A DNA stretch of 64,000 nt from Cyanidioschyzon merolae (lineage: Eukaryota), in assembly GCA_000091205.1 (NCBI GenBank), contig AP006502.2; one strand, given 5' to 3'. Made by a program: the position numbers and the translations under genes. This document shows, in pieces, positions 20,261 through 32,194 of the stretch. The stretch's first letter is position 1. Each line of letters begins with the position of its first letter. The notes under the pieces are model-generated. The model saw nothing but the letters and a program-made list of their open reading frames with translations, searched no databases and was not told where the DNA came from.

Positions 20261-23204
20261 ATACGACCCGCAAACTCGAACTAAGTACCGAACTGAAGTG
20301 GCGACGACGCAACGCCGACTCCGGTCCAGCGTCTGCAGCGTTCACAGGCCGCTGGCAAAACGCGGTCTGCTGGATGATGAGGCCTTACAGTCTTCTATCT
20401 GGCTCGTAAGCGAAATTAAAGACCGGAACAGTCTCTAAAGCGAGCAGCTTTGTAACATGCCTACAGCAACAGATAGGTCTGCGAGTCAAGATGATCAGCG
20501 TATCGGTTCGAGAGCGTTTGCGAGAGGCGCTCCCGTTGCTGTTCATGTACGCACTTGGGATGAATTGTCCAGGTTGGTAACAGCCACAAACAGTCGCGCT
20601 CACGGTAAACTAGGACCCATCCTCGGCATCAGTAGCACCGGTTCTTCGAATCCTCGGTTTCTTTGACAGAAACCGGTCGACGCTTCGTCTCACCGGGAGC
20701 AGAAGGCTCTGTTGGGATAACGGTAGCACATGCTTTGGCGTACAGAAGCAGTATGCCGCCCGACTCTTCCCGGGGGACAGAAAGGACCACGAGCGGAAAC
20801 AAGTGACCCACGGAAAACCTCGCGTCTTCAAGGTGAAACTGAATGCTTTCTTCCAAGAAAGCTATCGCGAACGGATACAGCCCCTCGTCTCGCTTATACC
20901 GGCATCCTCAGCCATGGACTGTAAGGGGAAGCAGTCGCGCTCGCGAACTCCCGAATTCTGAGGGTTCTCGCTCGCGACCCGTGACCCTGATCACGCGAGC
21001 TTTTATTTCCTTTCTTACTGACAACGAAGGGAACGTATTTGAATAAGGTCAAAGATTGCACGAGCTAAGCGGCTGAAAGCGCGTTCCCATCCCCGAATAG
21101 GAACTTTTTTCCCAGTTGCTTGGTCGTCACTACGGAGACTAGCAGAAACGTCCTCGAGAAACCCATCAGCTCGAGTGTCACGTCGCGTGTTGATAAATGC
21201 AATCGTCTCTGACCCGGAATTCCGGAATGACAAATCGAAATCGAAGAACAGCGAGGGTCAACGAATATGGATTACGTTGGAATGACACAGATGCTTGCAG
21301 AGCGTTCCATAACGATGGTCGCGATGGAGACGAATAACATCCAGAAGAACTTCGAGTCTCGTGTCGCTCATGACATCCAGCTGATGCACAAAGTGTAAAT
21401 GAAGGGCGTCTCGGGAGAGAAACATTGTCTGTGCCGAACCCGCTCGATGTTTTGTAAGTCTCGACGTTCCCTTCCCCCGCGAGTGATCGAGATAGGAATC
21501 CGGAGCTGAAATTGGCAGCCGAGATCGCGGAATACCTGAGGATACAGCTTCTCGAAAGCTTCTCTCTGAAAAAAGCGCCTGTCCGAGACGCGTTTTGGCC
21601 CTTCCTCTGGACATCAGATACTTGGAAGAGGGTGGAAACGCTTCGAGTACCCTGCGAGAATAGGATGCACAAGGTAGAACAGATAAACGCCGCCCCAAGA
21701 CGTTCTCTCTCCCGCCGACGAGGCGTAGCCTCGCAATTGGTTACGTTCCTTTTCGTCACGTGAGCGTCATGGGCAATCTACGATGCCATGGCATCGTGGG
21801 CATGAAAGGAAATGAACGGAAAGCGAATGAGGAATTGCAGCGGAAGTTTCACACGAAAACTTCCACATCAAAGCTGCCGAGACCGTAAACAGTCAATTCG
21901 GTTTCCGTTCTCTCTCTGGTGGATACGGTGTCAGCGTCCAACTGAAAGTATCGCCGAATACTTTGGGCGAAAGGGAGACGAAGAAAGGTGTCTGCCTCTG
22001 AAAGACAACGAAAGACTCGTGCGCGTGGACCCGGGTTTGCCAGAGGTTGTCACCTTCGTGGACTCGAGTACAGCGTGAGAAACGCGTGATTACGGCAGCA
22101 GAAGATGCAAGCGCGAGGCGAGGTTCACATACAACGCGAGGAAATCACACAGAAAAAGAACCAGCGTACAGGTGAATCGTCAGCTTGTCACCTCATTCAC
22201 GGGACGACGGACTTGGCTTACAAAACCTTTCTAAGAAGGTACTTGAGCGTTCTCCCTGAATGACTGAAACACAGAGCTCGTTCTGGATACCAGCGACTGA
22301 GACGCTGCCCGTCACCTGTTCTAACATAAAGCAGTCCATGGGATCTACACCCGCCTCTGGTGCCGAGCGGTGAAGAGAAGCCCATCGGGTTCGGAAACAT
22401 GGATGCGGGAGCTACGCACCCAAAGGCCTGTCGCAGGTGCGGTACGTCGAAAGCGACCAAACAGAAGTTCATGGAAATGCGGTATGGTTGTCTGGTACAC
22501 ATCAATGAATGCCGGTCGCCGATAACGTGTTCGTGTTGCGGAATTCGCCTCACGATCATGAAAAAGACGTCGACGACGACGACGAGGGTCATCACTAGCG
22601 AAGAAACGAAATTAAAAGAAAAGAGGTCGCCTCTCGCTCGGATCCACAAAGTACTGCACTAATTGCCTCTAAAATGCGGATCCAGGGCAAACGCTCCCAG
22701 CTGAAGCACATCATGGAACCGTTTCCACAACGGGTGCCTCAACATCCGGGAGCTATTGAAGATCAGATTCAAAGCGGCCAACAACCTGCACCGTTTCCTC
22801 GCACGATAGAAAATGATTATCACGACTCGTAGACAAGAAACCCCGTAGCATCCTTCCAGAGCAAACGTCTCGAGGCAAGAGAAAGACGATCTTGTCCTGG
22901 ATCTCGTGAACAAACAGCGTTATATTCTGATACAATCCTTCACGAGAAAATGGTATAAAAAGGGTATCCCACAATGTTTACGCATGCCTGTACGCTTCAC
23001 GATAGGCGCGTACGCACCAACACATGAACACAGCCACGGACGCCATCGGGTGAACGCGTCCCGCTCTGCGCATCTCTGCCGAGGCGCTCGCTCGCGACGT
23101 CAGCAGGGCATCCATTCGTTCCATATTCGACCTCTGGTGCCTTTAGAGTATCACTGCGATAAGTTTCTGGACGCTCTGAAAACAGTTGTACGGAGTTTCT
23201 AGTC

Positions 23205-24686
23205 ATGAGCAGCGTGTTCAGTCCAATTCACGAGGGTAATACCTATTTTTTGCTGATCCATGGAAAGTTCTTGCGCAGCGAGTCGGGTAAGACAATTACC
23301 GGACAGACACCATTCGATGGAACGCCAACGTACACCATCCAGGCAGCAACCAAGGAGGAAATCGATAGGGCGTACGAGAGCGCAGCTCAAGCGCAGCGCG
23401 AATGGCGTCGGGTGCCGCTCTGGAAACGAGCGGAAGTTGTGCATAAAGCGGCAACCATTCTGCGTGAGCACGTAGACGAAATCGCTACGGTCATTTTGCG
23501 CGAGGTCGGCAAGAACCGCAAGTCCGCGGTCAGTGAGGTGCTTCGGACCGCGGACCTCTGCGACTACACGGCCGAGGAGGGCTTGCGTATGGAAGGGCAA
23601 CTCCTGGTCGGAGACTCGTACCCCGGGCAACCGCGCAACAAGCTGTGTCTGGTTCAGAGGGTGCCGCTCGGGGTGGTGCTTGCGCAGGGACCATTCAACT
23701 ACCCCTGCAATCTGACAGGTTCCAAGGTCGCGCCCGCGCTTATGGCTGGAAACTCTTGTGTGGTGAAGGGTCCCACGCAGGGTGCAGTGTCTGCGCTGTA
23801 CTTGACTGCAGCGTTCCACTTTGCGGGAGCCCCGCCTGGAGTTGTGAATTTCGTTTCCGGCCGCGGCTCCGAAATCGGTGATTATCTCGTCCAGCACCCG
23901 CTCTGTAATTGTATCTCGTTCACTGGTGGTAACATTGGGCTCGAGGTTGCGAAGAAAGCACACATGATCCCGATGCAAATGGAACTGGGCGGCAAAGATG
24001 CGGCTATCGTCTGCGATGATGCAGATCTCGATCTAGCTGCGAAATGTATTGTTTCGGGCGCGTTCTCCTATTCGGGCCAGCGGTGCACGGCTGTGAAGCT
24101 CGTCCTCGCGGTTGAGTCGATTGCAGAGGAGCTCATTTCAAAAGTCGTGGAACGCACCCGGGCACTGACAGTGGGGCATCCCGAGGATAATTGTGAGGTA
24201 ACAGCGGTTATCAACAAGGCAGCAGCGGACTACGCGGAGAGTCTCGCCATGGACGCGAAGGAGAAGGGTGCCAAGTTCCTCCTAGAGTACCGACGAGAAG
24301 CCAACTTGATCTATCCTCTGGTTGTGGACCATGTGAATGAATCGATGAAATTGGCATGGGAGGAGCCTTTTGCGCCAGTGCTGCCCATCATGCGCGTCAA
24401 AGATGAGAAGGCTGCAGTCGCGTTTGCAAACCGTCTTCGCTACGGTCTTCAGGGTTGTGTCTTCACGCGTGATGTGAATCGCGCGATATCGCTTTCTTCC
24501 AGTATTACTGCCGGCACGATCCAAGTGAACGGTGCGCCAGCTCGAGGTCCAGATCATTTTCTGTTCCTTGGTCACAAGGACTCGGGGATTAATGCGCAGG
24601 GTGCCAAATGGAGCATCGAAGCAATGACGAAACTCAAATCAATTGTAATCAATCTCCCGGAGGAGGCGTATATGGTGGCCAACTGA
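23205..24686 (+). CDS. GAPN: NADP-dependent non-phosphorylating glyceraldehyde-3-phosphate dehydrogenase (GapN, ALDH11 family)
   Basis: 493-aa aldehyde dehydrogenase. 'MELGGKDAAIVCDDADLDLAA...FSYSGQRCTAVKLVL' carries the catalytic Glu and Cys motifs. The C-terminal half 'WEEPFAPVLPIMRV...LQGCVFTRDVNRAI...GTIQVNGAPARGPDHF...GHKDSGIN' is co-linear with plant and algal GapN. Confidence 0.85.
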   Translation: MSSVFSPIHEGNTYFLLIHGKFLRSESGKTITGQTPFDGTPTYTIQAATKEEIDRAYESAAQAQREWRRVPLWKRAEVVHKAATILREHVDEIATVILREVGKNRKSAVSEVLRTADLCDYTAEEGLRMEGQLLVGDSYPGQPRNKLCLVQRVPLGVVLAQGPFNYPCNLTGSKVAPALMAGNSCVVKGPTQGAVSALYLTAAFHFAGAPPGVVNFVSGRGSEIGDYLVQHPLCNCISFTGGNIGLEVAKKAHMIPMQMELGGKDAAIVCDDADLDLAAKCIVSGAFSYSGQRCTAVKLVLAVESIAEELISKVVERTRALTVGHPEDNCEVTAVINKAAADYAESLAMDAKEKGAKFLLEYRREANLIYPLVVDHVNESMKLAWEEPFAPVLPIMRVKDEKAAVAFANRLRYGLQGCVFTRDVNRAISLSSSITAGTIQVNGAPARGPDHFLFLGHKDSGINAQGAKWSIEAMTKLKSIVINLPEEAYMVAN

Positions 24687-24977
24687 GACCCTTTTGTATG
24701 GTACGTGGCATCGAAGCACAGGTCGCGGCGGATGCCGAGATGCTCCTCGCGGCATCGAGGCGTTACGACGACCGCGAATACTGAGCACGATACGCCTTTT
24801 GTGATGATGTATCGTCCGCTCTGTGTGCAGCGTTACGCGAATATGATGTGTGGTGTTCTTTATGACTCGCAGGGGGACCAATGGTGATGACTGGTGATCG
24901 TCACATTCATGAATGGGAAACTGCCGCCATCGGGCGGGTTGCGTAAACGCAGGTATCCATGCACGCCGCTGCATGCC

Positions 24978-25135
24978 CGCTCTTGTGACGTGCTCGAGCC
25001 AGATGGGTATCACCACACGATGAATGTCGATGATGCCACAAATCCGGTTCAGCATACTCGCTCTTGTGACGTGCTCGAGCCAGATGGGTATCACCACACG
25101 ATGAATGTCGATGATGCCACAAATCCGGTTCAAGG
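24978..25135. repeat. 84-bp tandem duplication (2 copies) in the intergenic region between convergent genes
   Basis: 'cgctcttgtgacgtgctcgagccagatgggtatcaccacacgatgaatgtcgatgatgccacaaatccggttca' is repeated at 24978-25061 and 25062-25135. Confidence 0.9.
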
Positions 25136-25492
25136 AGCATGGATTCCCGTCCACGGCATTTTGGGATGCAGTGATCAGTATGTGTTGGTCGACGAGGCGA
25201 TCCCTTGCTCGCTCCTGGAAACGACTTGCAGGAACGAGAAGCGCAGTGGGATACCACAACACTTTGGTGTGGCGTGTATAAAACCGATATGGGTGGCGAC
25301 CTTGGAACGTTTTGGATGCCACCACCAATGACCTCCAGTGGTACCGAGACAGTCGTAACCGCGTCTACGCAGGGAAACTTCCGATGAACGGCAGCGTAAA
25401 CAGCCATGGAAGGAACGAATCGCGCATTGAATGAGCGTACTTCAAAACAGGAAAAAGAGCCCAGCGCTTGTTTCCATTTGGGATGCTGATTT

Positions 25493-26995
25493 CTATGAGA
25501 CTTGTGGCTCAGCGTCTATGGGCGAGTTGGATGTTCCGCTACGGTCGACGTCCGCATCGACAAGTTGCGCGGATGGGCAGTTTTCCACATGCGTCGCGAT
25601 ATGGTCGACAACAGGGCGACCATGTCGCCACAGCCACGCCCCGAAATCATTGCGGCTCCATGCCACAATCCGATTATGAGCGGGTATCCATGGAGCATCG
25701 AATTCGACTGCGTAGCGGTCCCAAGAGACCTGGTTCAGTGCAGACGCCATGCGACGCTCAATGTCCTCGCGATCGCTTCCGCCCGAGTGCTGCACGTTCT
25801 TCTTCTTCTTCTTCGTTTTCTGGTCCCATGTGCAGAGGATCACCAGCCACGCGCCACAGAAATAGACGAAGCTTCGCAATAGGTAGAGCACTCGTGCACC
25901 ACTAGAAAAAGGCGATACAAGCACTGATGCACCCGCGACGTCCGGTTTCAGTTGCAAAGTCTCCGGACGCGACGAAGCGCTAATCGCTTCAGGCCGGAGC
26001 TGCCAGATACGCACATGCGGCGCCTGGTGAATGCAAGTCGCCTCATAGGTTGTAACTGGCACTCGATATCGACGCTCATCGGGCAAAACCAAGGATGTGC
26101 CGGCATTCACCATGAGGTCGTAACTCAGGTTCGCCACAAGTAGGCGAACGCTGAAAGCAGCCATCGCTCTGAGTGCTGCCCGATGTTGCGCCATTCGGAG
26201 TAGGAGAGGTTCCTGTTCCTCGTCCAGTAGAAAGAGTTCGCGACCGGTTTGCCCTGCGAAGACGCCAGCTAAAAAGTGGCTCCATCGGGGGCAGTATCGC
26301 AACAAACCATAGCTGCTCACGCCTAAATGAGGTGTGGCAATACAGATGAGGGTGTGCGGCTCCAGACCCGCGACCTTCGTAGTTCCTTCGGTGTCATCGA
26401 ACAGCGTCTCGAGGGCGCTCCGCACATACAGTCCGCCGAGGCTAAAACCGACGAGCGAGATCCACTGAAGCCGCGACCGATAGTCAGCAACAACGTGCTC
26501 TATTTCCGCAGCGACACGCTTGCCACCTGAACTGATCCCGTCGGTGGTGCGACGCCAGTTGCACTGCACGGTGTGCACCAGCAAGCCACGCTGCTGCAGT
26601 GCGTGCGCGAGGTACGTAAGGTCGCCGGGTGCTCCCTGCAGTCCGTGCACTAGAAAGCAAACATGTTTGCTCGATGTGTTTGACGTTTCCATTTGGAGCT
26701 GGAGTTTTGAAGCCGCGTCCCGAGGCGGCGCGCGCCGCTGCGTGTTTACAGCCCGACCTGAACGGGGCAACGGCGTTCGTCTGGACGTGAGGGCAAGGTT
26801 GCTATTGTGGCAGCGTTGCGCCTTGTCGATGCCAAGTAACAGGACGTGTACTTCGCCAGCAAACATAAGCTGGCCTTTGCGGTTGATGCCTGTTTTCGTC
26901 GTCGGCCAACAGGTCGGACTAGTCAGGACTGCAACGAGCCGCGCGCATAACGCTTTGCTACGGTTGCAGCCATGCCCGCTCCGAAAGGTGTCCAC
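25493..26995 (-). CDS. DUF676-type putative serine esterase/lipase
   Basis: 'HVCFLVHGLQGAPGDLTYLAHAL' and the GxSxG nucleophile motif 'ISLVGFSLGGLYVRSAL' are typical of the DUF676 alpha/beta-hydrolase family. Confidence 0.7.
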   Translation of the reverse strand: MDTFRSGHGCNRSKALCARLVAVLTSPTCWPTTKTGINRKGQLMFAGEVHVLLLGIDKAQRCHNSNLALTSRRTPLPRSGRAVNTQRRAPPRDAASKLQLQMETSNTSSKHVCFLVHGLQGAPGDLTYLAHALQQRGLLVHTVQCNWRRTTDGISSGGKRVAAEIEHVVADYRSRLQWISLVGFSLGGLYVRSALETLFDDTEGTTKVAGLEPHTLICIATPHLGVSSYGLLRYCPRWSHFLAGVFAGQTGRELFLLDEEQEPLLLRMAQHRAALRAMAAFSVRLLVANLSYDLMVNAGTSLVLPDERRYRVPVTTYEATCIHQAPHVRIWQLRPEAISASSRPETLQLKPDVAGASVLVSPFSSGARVLYLLRSFVYFCGAWLVILCTWDQKTKKKKKNVQHSGGSDREDIERRMASALNQVSWDRYAVEFDAPWIPAHNRIVAWSRNDFGAWLWRHGRPVVDHIATHVENCPSAQLVDADVDRSGTSNSPIDAEPQVS

Positions 26996-27165
26996 GTATC
27001 AGCGTCCAAACGCTCTTCTGACGCAATAAGGCGATGCTTTCGGCAACATGGGCTCTCGAATAGCAACCTTCGGTGCACTTTACTGGAAAACACCCATACG
27101 GATTGTGCCCAACGAGTTACAGCATTGGAGCGTTTACTCCACGTAGCGCGCGTCGGCTTCGTACG

Positions 27166-27190
27166 CGCACACACAAACACACACACACAT
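27166..27190. repeat. (CA)n microsatellite
   Basis: cgcacacacaaacacacacacacat. Confidence 0.9.
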
Positions 27191-27720
27191 GGATAGGGTC
27201 ACTGCTCATGGACACTTGGCTCGGTTTGTGCTTCGTGTCCAAGCTAGTCGTCGTTGCGTCCAGTCAAGTCGCCGAAGAGAAATCAGTATACCTGTCGCGT
27301 GCCGGTATCAGGCGCTGAAGCCTCTGTCCTGACTTTTTGCAAAATGCATCAGCAGCATCATGTCGCTCGTATTCGAGGAGCGGCGGAAAAAGCACATGCT
27401 CATTGCAAGGAATGCAGTGGTCTCCAGTACGGACCTCGAATAAGACCAGCACTCGGAACGCCACTCCAACGAGTGTCCACGCACGAAAGCGATCTCCAGT
27501 CAGTGCTGTATCGTTCGTATCTCGCACAGTCTTTGAACTTGCACGTGGTCGTTTGCGCTGTGGGTCAAGGGCGCTCAGCTGCCGTAGTCCTTGCGTGCAG
27601 TCGGTACCTCACTGATATCCGATACTGTTATTGCTGGATCAAATTGCCGACGACGCGTTTTGTCGCAAGCACTTCTGAAGCACCGGCTTGACCGGTGCAT
27701 CGTTGAAACACATTTTCCAT

Positions 27721-28338
27721 TCAGTCGTTTCGCGCCTCTGCAGAAGGACTCGTGGCATCGTGGTCGGCACTGCTCGCTGTACATTCGCGTGCAGACTGGT
27801 CGGTTGCATGCCAGCCGCGGTTGTAGCGTGTGAACAGCTCATCCAACTCTGCAAGTCGTTTCGGCCCGATACTGCGCTCCTCGAGGCACATTCCAGCCTC
27901 AGGTCCACCGTAAACCTGGAAGTAAGGCAGTGACGTCACGCCTAATGACCGGCAGAGCTTCTTGTTCTCATCGAACTGCACCGCATAACAGCGGATGTAC
28001 TTGGACGCTTGTTGTTGGCTTGCAAGCTCCAAAAAGCGTGGGTACACGTTGGCACACGCGTGACACCAGCTCGCTTTAAACATAACTATTGAGGCTCGTC
28101 CTGCCTCGGTGTCGGCAGTTACCCATTCCACAAAGTGCGCGTGATCTGGGACAAGCCGCACCGGTTCCGACGCGGACGCGGCGCTGGGATCAATGCACGC
28201 GCGCCAGTGCAGAGACCATCTGCGTGACTCTACAGGATGGCTAAGAACGCATAGACGATCAGCAGAACGACCACATCGCCGATAATTCAGGTTCCAACCC
28301 GTAGTGATAAACGCCGCACAACTCATGCAACCCTCCAC
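27721..28338 (-). CDS. thioredoxin-like protein (WCHAC active site) with N-terminal extension
   Basis: 'IVMFKASWCHACANVYPRFLELAS...LPYFQVYGG' is a thioredoxin fold with a CxxC motif. Confidence 0.65.
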   Translation of the reverse strand: MEGCMSCAAFITTGWNLNYRRCGRSADRLCVLSHPVESRRWSLHWRACIDPSAASASEPVRLVPDHAHFVEWVTADTEAGRASIVMFKASWCHACANVYPRFLELASQQQASKYIRCYAVQFDENKKLCRSLGVTSLPYFQVYGGPEAGMCLEERSIGPKRLAELDELFTRYNRGWHATDQSARECTASSADHDATSPSAEARND

Positions 28339-28829
28339 AGCTCACACGTCAACGGATAACAGAAGTACAACAACAGCGTATTTCGTTAGCGAGAGCCGAG
28401 AGCCGGCGCTGCGGTTCCAGCGCGAAACAGTGCACATCGAGTGTCTGTACATGTTAGTTCCAAACGATACAATAAGGAAAGTAATGCTTATTATATGACA
28501 CCTGCACAGATTGCCCTGCGTCTGTGCGGCGCTGCGCGGCAGCAGCAACAGCACCGGGCGCACGCAAAAACGCATCATCTGGGATCAGGCACTGATGCTG
28601 TTTCTAGCCGCCGCCATGCATCCTGTGGCCCTATGTCCGTGATGGGCAGTTTCAGAAAAAAAGGCGGGAAAGCGTCCGCACGCGAGGCACGCACATGCAT
28701 AGACAGCGGATCGACTGTTGCGGGACACGCGCTGCACACACTGCTGTGTACCTTGTTTACTGAACGCAATCTACCGTCTGCGTTCGGATTGTTCGCGGTC
28801 GTCGTTGCTACAGAGCAATCCAAACTGCT

Positions 28830-31580
28830 ATGTTAGACGCGAAACCTGGCGTGGAGCAGTGGGTGCGGCGTCTGGCAGCGCAAGCAGCGCTAGATGAAAG
28901 AACTGTAGACGAAGCGCTGCAACTGGTTGAACAAGTTCGTTTCCCTGAAGACGAGGCCAGCTGGGCAGCATGTGCGCTTCTAGTGGCGGTACAGAGTCCT
29001 GAGACGGCTGGACACGTGCTCGGGGCGTTTCTCCGCTGTGCCGACGTTACACCGCAACCTAGTCCGAAAGGCAGAGGTAACTGTATTAGCGACTTTTTCG
29101 AGCGGGCGAAGATGATCTCACCCACTGCTCAGCGCATGGAGCAGCTCCTCGTGGTTATTGCGAACGTCCACCGCAAGTTTGTGGAACTTTATCAAGGCGA
29201 CATTTTCGACGAGGAACGGGCCTGGATATGTTTTCTCACGGCTCTCGCGCTGTTGGCGTCACGAGGCGGCCCGCTGGGCGAGCTTCCTGACCTCGTGAGT
29301 GCCTACCATCTAATGGTCGCTGTCATCCGCCGGTTGCAACTGAAGATGCTTAAGCAGCCAGATATCCTCGAGGAAGATGTCGAGCGATACTTGGCACGAC
29401 TCGAAACGACGATGATCCCATGGGATGACACGAGCGGCATGCAGGACCTCTACAACAGCGTCTTTGTCGGCCGCCTCGGGTTTGACGGCCGCATTCTACT
29501 GCAAGCACACCATCTGGGACAAATGTTGTGCGAAATGCATAAGTTTCCTGCCAAGGACGCAGCACCCACTTTGGTTCAGAGAGTGAGACCGGAGCGGTGC
29601 GTCCCGCGCTTCTCACGCGTTATCAGCGAAACGCTATCATCGCTTCGTGCAAAACGGCAGCGTATGGAGTCGACACCATTATCGTCGTCGTCGTCATCGT
29701 CGTCGTCGATGGCGGTGAAACCATCTCTGCACGCCGAACAGGTGCCACCTGCCCGTGGCGCATCGGCTGAGGATGAGCAGCATTCATCTACGGCACCAGG
29801 TCCGAAAAGCACCGCTTTGATATATAATGATGCTGAAACGCCGATGCCCTCTACTCAGTGCGTATACCCGGATCAAAAGGACTCCGCCGATGCTGTTTTT
29901 GATGAGCTGGCAGCGGCCGCGGCGCTCCAGAACCTGGCTCGCCCGCGAGAAGCAGATTCCGCGGGCGGCAAAGTTGCTGCTGCCCTTCGGACACCGCAGC
30001 GAGCTGCACTCTCTACGCAGAACCCCAACCGAGTGCCGCCACCCTCGCCACGTCGCACCCCGATTCGGGGCGGTATTGCCTCTGTTCGTTGGGTGCGCGC
30101 TATAACCGCCCTTGCTTCTCGAGTTTGTGATAATCTCCGGGAAACTTACGGTGGACTTGGAGTCGACCCCTTGGGTTTCGCGAATTCGGCAACTGGGTAT
30201 CTGCTCCAGAGCTTTACGGAGCGATTTCATCCCGAAACTGCAGAGCAGCGTATCGGGGAAGTCATGGCAGTGTACTGGTACGCACTGGAAAGCATTTTGA
30301 ACGCTGAGACGCAACGCATGAACGGCTCGACAGACTTTGTGCCGAAACTACTTGCGCTGCAACCTTTTCACAAGGCGCTGCTCCTGTGTGCCGTCGAGAC
30401 GGTGTGCGCATCATACGGCATCCGAGACGAAATCCACTTTGAGCACCTGCTGGAGTCGCTGAAGCTCTCGCCGTTCGATTTCATCAAAATCATTGGCGCC
30501 TACGTGCTCAATGTGGAGAATCTCCCGCCCCAGGCGAAACGTCGTCTTGCAGCCTGCCAGGAGTGCGTGCTCTGCGTGCTGGCCTGGCAGTCGGACTCGT
30601 TACTCGTACGCGCACTTCGCACGGGCGACATGAGCTCCATACCAACAGCGGCATTGGATTTGTTCTTTGACAAGCTGCTGATGCAAGCGGATTATCGCAT
30701 CCTGAACGTCTGTGCTCGCCTCGGCATCTGCGAAGAAGCGTTTGAAAATCGGGTGTGGTCGATTTTCAAACTGGCGCTCACGGAGCAATGGGAGCTCTTC
30801 ATCGGGCGCCATCTTGATACAGTTCTACTTTGCTGCTTCTATGGAGCAGCGAAGACGCAGCGTTCCCTGCAGTTCAAATTTGTGGATATCATTCGAGCGT
30901 ATCGGGCAGTTGTTGCGGACTCTGAATGCATCCGACTGAGTGACTCGCTGCAGACAGTGTATCGGGATCTTGCCTTGGACGATGGTGGACGTGGCGACAT
31001 TATTGCCTTTTACAACCTTATTTTTGTTCCACATATGAAGCGCTACCTGTTGGGACAAACTACTCCAGAGGGTCCAGCCGCTGCTCTCTCAATGAGCAGT
31101 ACACCCGAAAGGCGCCGTGAATCCGAATCTGAACTCGATGCACATCATGTGAATGCTCCGCACGCGTCACCCGTATCTTCTCCTGGCTTGGGACCGCGTA
31201 TCGTGGACAAGATCATTTCGTCGCCGCTGCGTCTACCACGAATACGTAGCCAGTCCGGAGTGGTTAGCCTTCGCGCGAGTCCCGCAACGAGCCCGCGAAA
31301 TACATTCCCAGTTTGGACGCTGCCGACGTATTCTCCGCAGTCTACGCTAACGCCCCTTGCGTCCTCGCGACGAGCGGCGCTTCTGGCAGCGAGATTGCCT
31401 CCGAACGCGTCGCCACAGTTCCAGGCCCCACGGCCCGAGGGCAGCCCCAGCACTCGAACCCAAGCGGCGGCGGCAGAGGCGGAAACGCAGGCGGAGGCAG
31501 CGCCTGCGTCACCGCACCAGCCGTTGGCCGAGCAGCGCATCACATCCCCGCCTGGACGCCGGAAACTTGTCTTTTTCTAA
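28830..31580 (+). CDS. Retinoblastoma-related (pocket) protein
   Basis: 916-aa ORF. Pocket-B signature 'LDTVLLCCFYGAAKTQRSLQFKFVDIIRAYRAV...DIIAFYNLIFVPHMKRYLLG' parallels human RB1 '[32 protein letters not shown]...[20 protein letters not shown]'. The spacer contains poly-Ser encoded by (TCG)n at about 29680-29706. C-terminus is S/P rich. Confidence 0.75.
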   Translation: MLDAKPGVEQWVRRLAAQAALDERTVDEALQLVEQVRFPEDEASWAACALLVAVQSPETAGHVLGAFLRCADVTPQPSPKGRGNCISDFFERAKMISPTAQRMEQLLVVIANVHRKFVELYQGDIFDEERAWICFLTALALLASRGGPLGELPDLVSAYHLMVAVIRRLQLKMLKQPDILEEDVERYLARLETTMIPWDDTSGMQDLYNSVFVGRLGFDGRILLQAHHLGQMLCEMHKFPAKDAAPTLVQRVRPERCVPRFSRVISETLSSLRAKRQRMESTPLSSSSSSSSSMAVKPSLHAEQVPPARGASAEDEQHSSTAPGPKSTALIYNDAETPMPSTQCVYPDQKDSADAVFDELAAAAALQNLARPREADSAGGKVAAALRTPQRAALSTQNPNRVPPPSPRRTPIRGGIASVRWVRAITALASRVCDNLRETYGGLGVDPLGFANSATGYLLQSFTERFHPETAEQRIGEVMAVYWYALESILNAETQRMNGSTDFVPKLLALQPFHKALLLCAVETVCASYGIRDEIHFEHLLESLKLSPFDFIKIIGAYVLNVENLPPQAKRRLAACQECVLCVLAWQSDSLLVRALRTGDMSSIPTAALDLFFDKLLMQADYRILNVCARLGICEEAFENRVWSIFKLALTEQWELFIGRHLDTVLLCCFYGAAKTQRSLQFKFVDIIRAYRAVVADSECIRLSDSLQTVYRDLALDDGGRGDIIAFYNLIFVPHMKRYLLGQTTPEGPAAALSMSSTPERRRESESELDAHHVNAPHASPVSSPGLGPRIVDKIISSPLRLPRIRSQSGVVSLRASPATSPRNTFPVWTLPTYSPQSTLTPLASSRRAALLAARLPPNASPQFQAPRPEGSPSTRTQAAAAEAETQAEAAPASPHQPLAEQRITSPPGRRKLVFF

Positions 31581-32194
31581 ACAAACGCACGGTGCTGATC
31601 AATGAACGCACTCCTCCTCTGAACGATGCGTTTGCGAATATGTCCTGCAGCGCAGCACGATCGCTGAACAACCCTTGACTGGACAGTGCCAGGACCGATT
31701 CCGTTGCGTGTTCGTGCGGGCGCTTCACGCCAGTCACGTTCCGTGACGCAGTTCCTCGAGATCCGGCACCGTCGTGCGTTACGTACTAGTGCAGTAGCAA
31801 GTGAAGCAGAGTGAAGCAATGCGCCCACAGCGACCGTACAGAACACTTTGCTAGCTGGACGAACGTTACGCATGCGCCTCTCGCATCAGAGGAGGCCACT
31901 GCATTGACCGATGTTACGAGCCAATGCGCTCCGAGAAGCGCATTTGAGCACCATGCGTTGACCAGGGGCGTCTGACACACCACCCCTCCGTGTTACGAAG
32001 CGTACAGCGCTGAACGAAGTCAAAAGAAAGCCCGAGTCGCGTGGAAGTATCGAGTGGTTTCTGTGAACCGCGCAGGTCGTTCTCATACCATACCTAAAAG
32101 TTAAATCTCAATACCCTTCAAGTTGATCCTGGGATTTCGATAGCGATGCCGCAACAGAAGCACCGCTCACCACTAAACGCCCTCCAAAAGCCAA

